DNA of 6,064 nucleotides from Escherichia coli (GTDB lineage Bacteria; Pseudomonadota; Gammaproteobacteria; Enterobacterales; Enterobacteriaceae): NCBI RefSeq assembly GCF_003334385.1, contig NZ_QOWN01000078.1; one strand, 5' to 3'. Shown piece by piece: positions 5,551 to 6,064 of this stretch (position 1 is its first letter; each line of letters starts with the position of its first letter). The notes under the pieces were generated by a model. It saw only the letters and a program-made list of their open reading frames with translations, ran no database searches and was not told where the DNA came from. The position numbers and the translations under genes were made by a program.

Positions 5551-5750
5551 GCGTGATAAAAACTCATACAGGAATTGTTATCACCCGAGACGGTCCGCAG
5601 GTAAAAAAACTGCACCAGACAAAGCGGATGTGGGTCGTCGGAAAAAACGAGTTTTACCACAAAGAAACCGGACGCCGCCACTTTGCAGAAAATACTCGCC
5701 GCCGACTGCTGATCGATACCATCAAGCCTATCGAGGTGAAGCATGTTTAA
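5547..5750 (+). CDS. Hypothetical small phage protein, 67 aa
   Basis: ATG at 5547 overlaps the yfdS TGA (ATGA, 5547-5550). Basic, protein-like composition. No recognised domain. Confidence 0.55.
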   Translation: MSVIKTHTGIVITRDGPQVKKLHQTKRMWVVGKNEFYHKETGRRHFAENTRRRLLIDTIKPIEVKHV

Positions 5751-5982
5751 ACAGAACGAAAAATCTATCGCTCAAATTGCTGAGTATATCCCGCGTGCGT
5801 GCCGGGATATGCAGTTGCAGGAAGCCAAAGCACGCCTGGAGAAAAAAATTGCGCTCTATATCGATGACGGCTGTGATGCCGCCGTTCTTAACGCGGCGTT
5901 CGCGCCAGCTCTTAACAGTCATACGCGAAAGTCTTTTTTTTCGTGCATCACAGCGCAGATCCGTAAAGGAGGCAACCAGTGA
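5743..5982 (+). CDS. Hypothetical small phage protein, 79 aa
   Basis: ATG at 5743 with GAGGTGA upstream, overlapping the previous stop by 8 nt. The overlapping 120-aa ORF in another frame (5630-5992) has an Arg/Ser/Pro-rich junk-like composition, so this frame is preferred. Confidence 0.55.
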   Translation: MFKQNEKSIAQIAEYIPRACRDMQLQEAKARLEKKIALYIDDGCDAAVLNAAFAPALNSHTRKSFFSCITAQIRKGGNQ

Positions 5983-6064
5983 GCAACATTAACTATCAGG
6001 TACTGCGTGAAAAGGCAGAGAAAGCAACTAAAGGAAGCTACATCGTAGGGCATACATCTGTTAA
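5979..6064 (+). CDS. Partial CDS (5' end only, 28 codons), hypothetical protein; GTG start
   Basis: AGGAGG (5967-5972) 6 nt upstream of GTG at 5979, which overlaps the preceding TGA (GTGA). Open frame to the window end (VSNINYQVLREKAEKATKGSYIVGHTSV...). Confidence 0.45.
   Translation, partial: MSNINYQVLREKAEKATKGSYIVGHTSV

Larger units (their letters stand above)
1..6064. mobile_element. Segment of a lambdoid prophage: cI/cro immunity region with PR-side regulatory genes (minus strand) and PL-side early accessory operon (plus strand)
   Basis: Divergent cro-like and cI-like (HTH + S24 peptidase) genes around an operator-bearing intergenic region; Rha-family domain; yfdP/Q/R/S-like genes known from the E. 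coli KplE1 (CPS-53) prophage; tightly packed, overlapping small genes typical of phage early operons. Prophage ends are not in the window. Confidence 0.8.

Noticed and set aside
5508..5992. Track ORFs 5508-5744 (-), 5630-5992 (+) 120 aa, 5728-5922 (-)
   Set aside because: They overlap the coupled 67-aa and 79-aa genes. The 120-aa plus-frame ORF is very Arg/Ser/Pro-rich and lacks an RBS; the chain of coupled start/stop overlaps supports the other frame.
1..6064. Searched for tRNA/rRNA genes, CRISPR repeats, IS/transposase ORFs, tandem repeats (type III toxin-antitoxin-like or iterons) and large defence-type enzymes
   Set aside because: None seen: no regularly spaced direct repeats, no cloverleaf-like conserved tRNA segments, no ORF above 300 aa apart from the edge-truncated Rha-containing ORF.

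Overview
This window reads as the immunity and early-regulatory core of a lambdoid prophage from an enterobacterial (E. coli-like) host. All calls rest on reading the sequence and on recalled family signatures; no database search, RNA folding or alignment was run. At the centre, a Cro-like HTH gene (1508-1768, minus) and a cI-like HTH plus S24-peptidase repressor (1866-2558, plus) diverge from a 97-bp intergenic region carrying inverted-repeat operators. On the minus strand, cro is followed by a YmfL-like regulator (964-1515) and, coupled through an ATGA overlap, a long ORF (967 to beyond position 1) whose later part is a Rha-family domain. On the plus strand, cI is followed by an intrinsic terminator, two operator-like sites, and a roughly 0.6-kb stretch with no convincing ORF that ends in a strong hairpin plus T-run. 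After that come homologues of E. coli KplE1/CPS-53 yfdP, yfdQ, yfdR and yfdS, then three small overlapping ORFs, the last running off the window. I found no tRNA, rRNA, CRISPR array or IS element, and no recognisable canonical defence system. The most unusual feature is the ORF-poor, terminator-capped leader where a lambda-type N antiterminator gene would be expected; it may be an RNA-based regulatory element. The second candidate is the yfdPQRS accessory module with its HD-domain nucleotidase.
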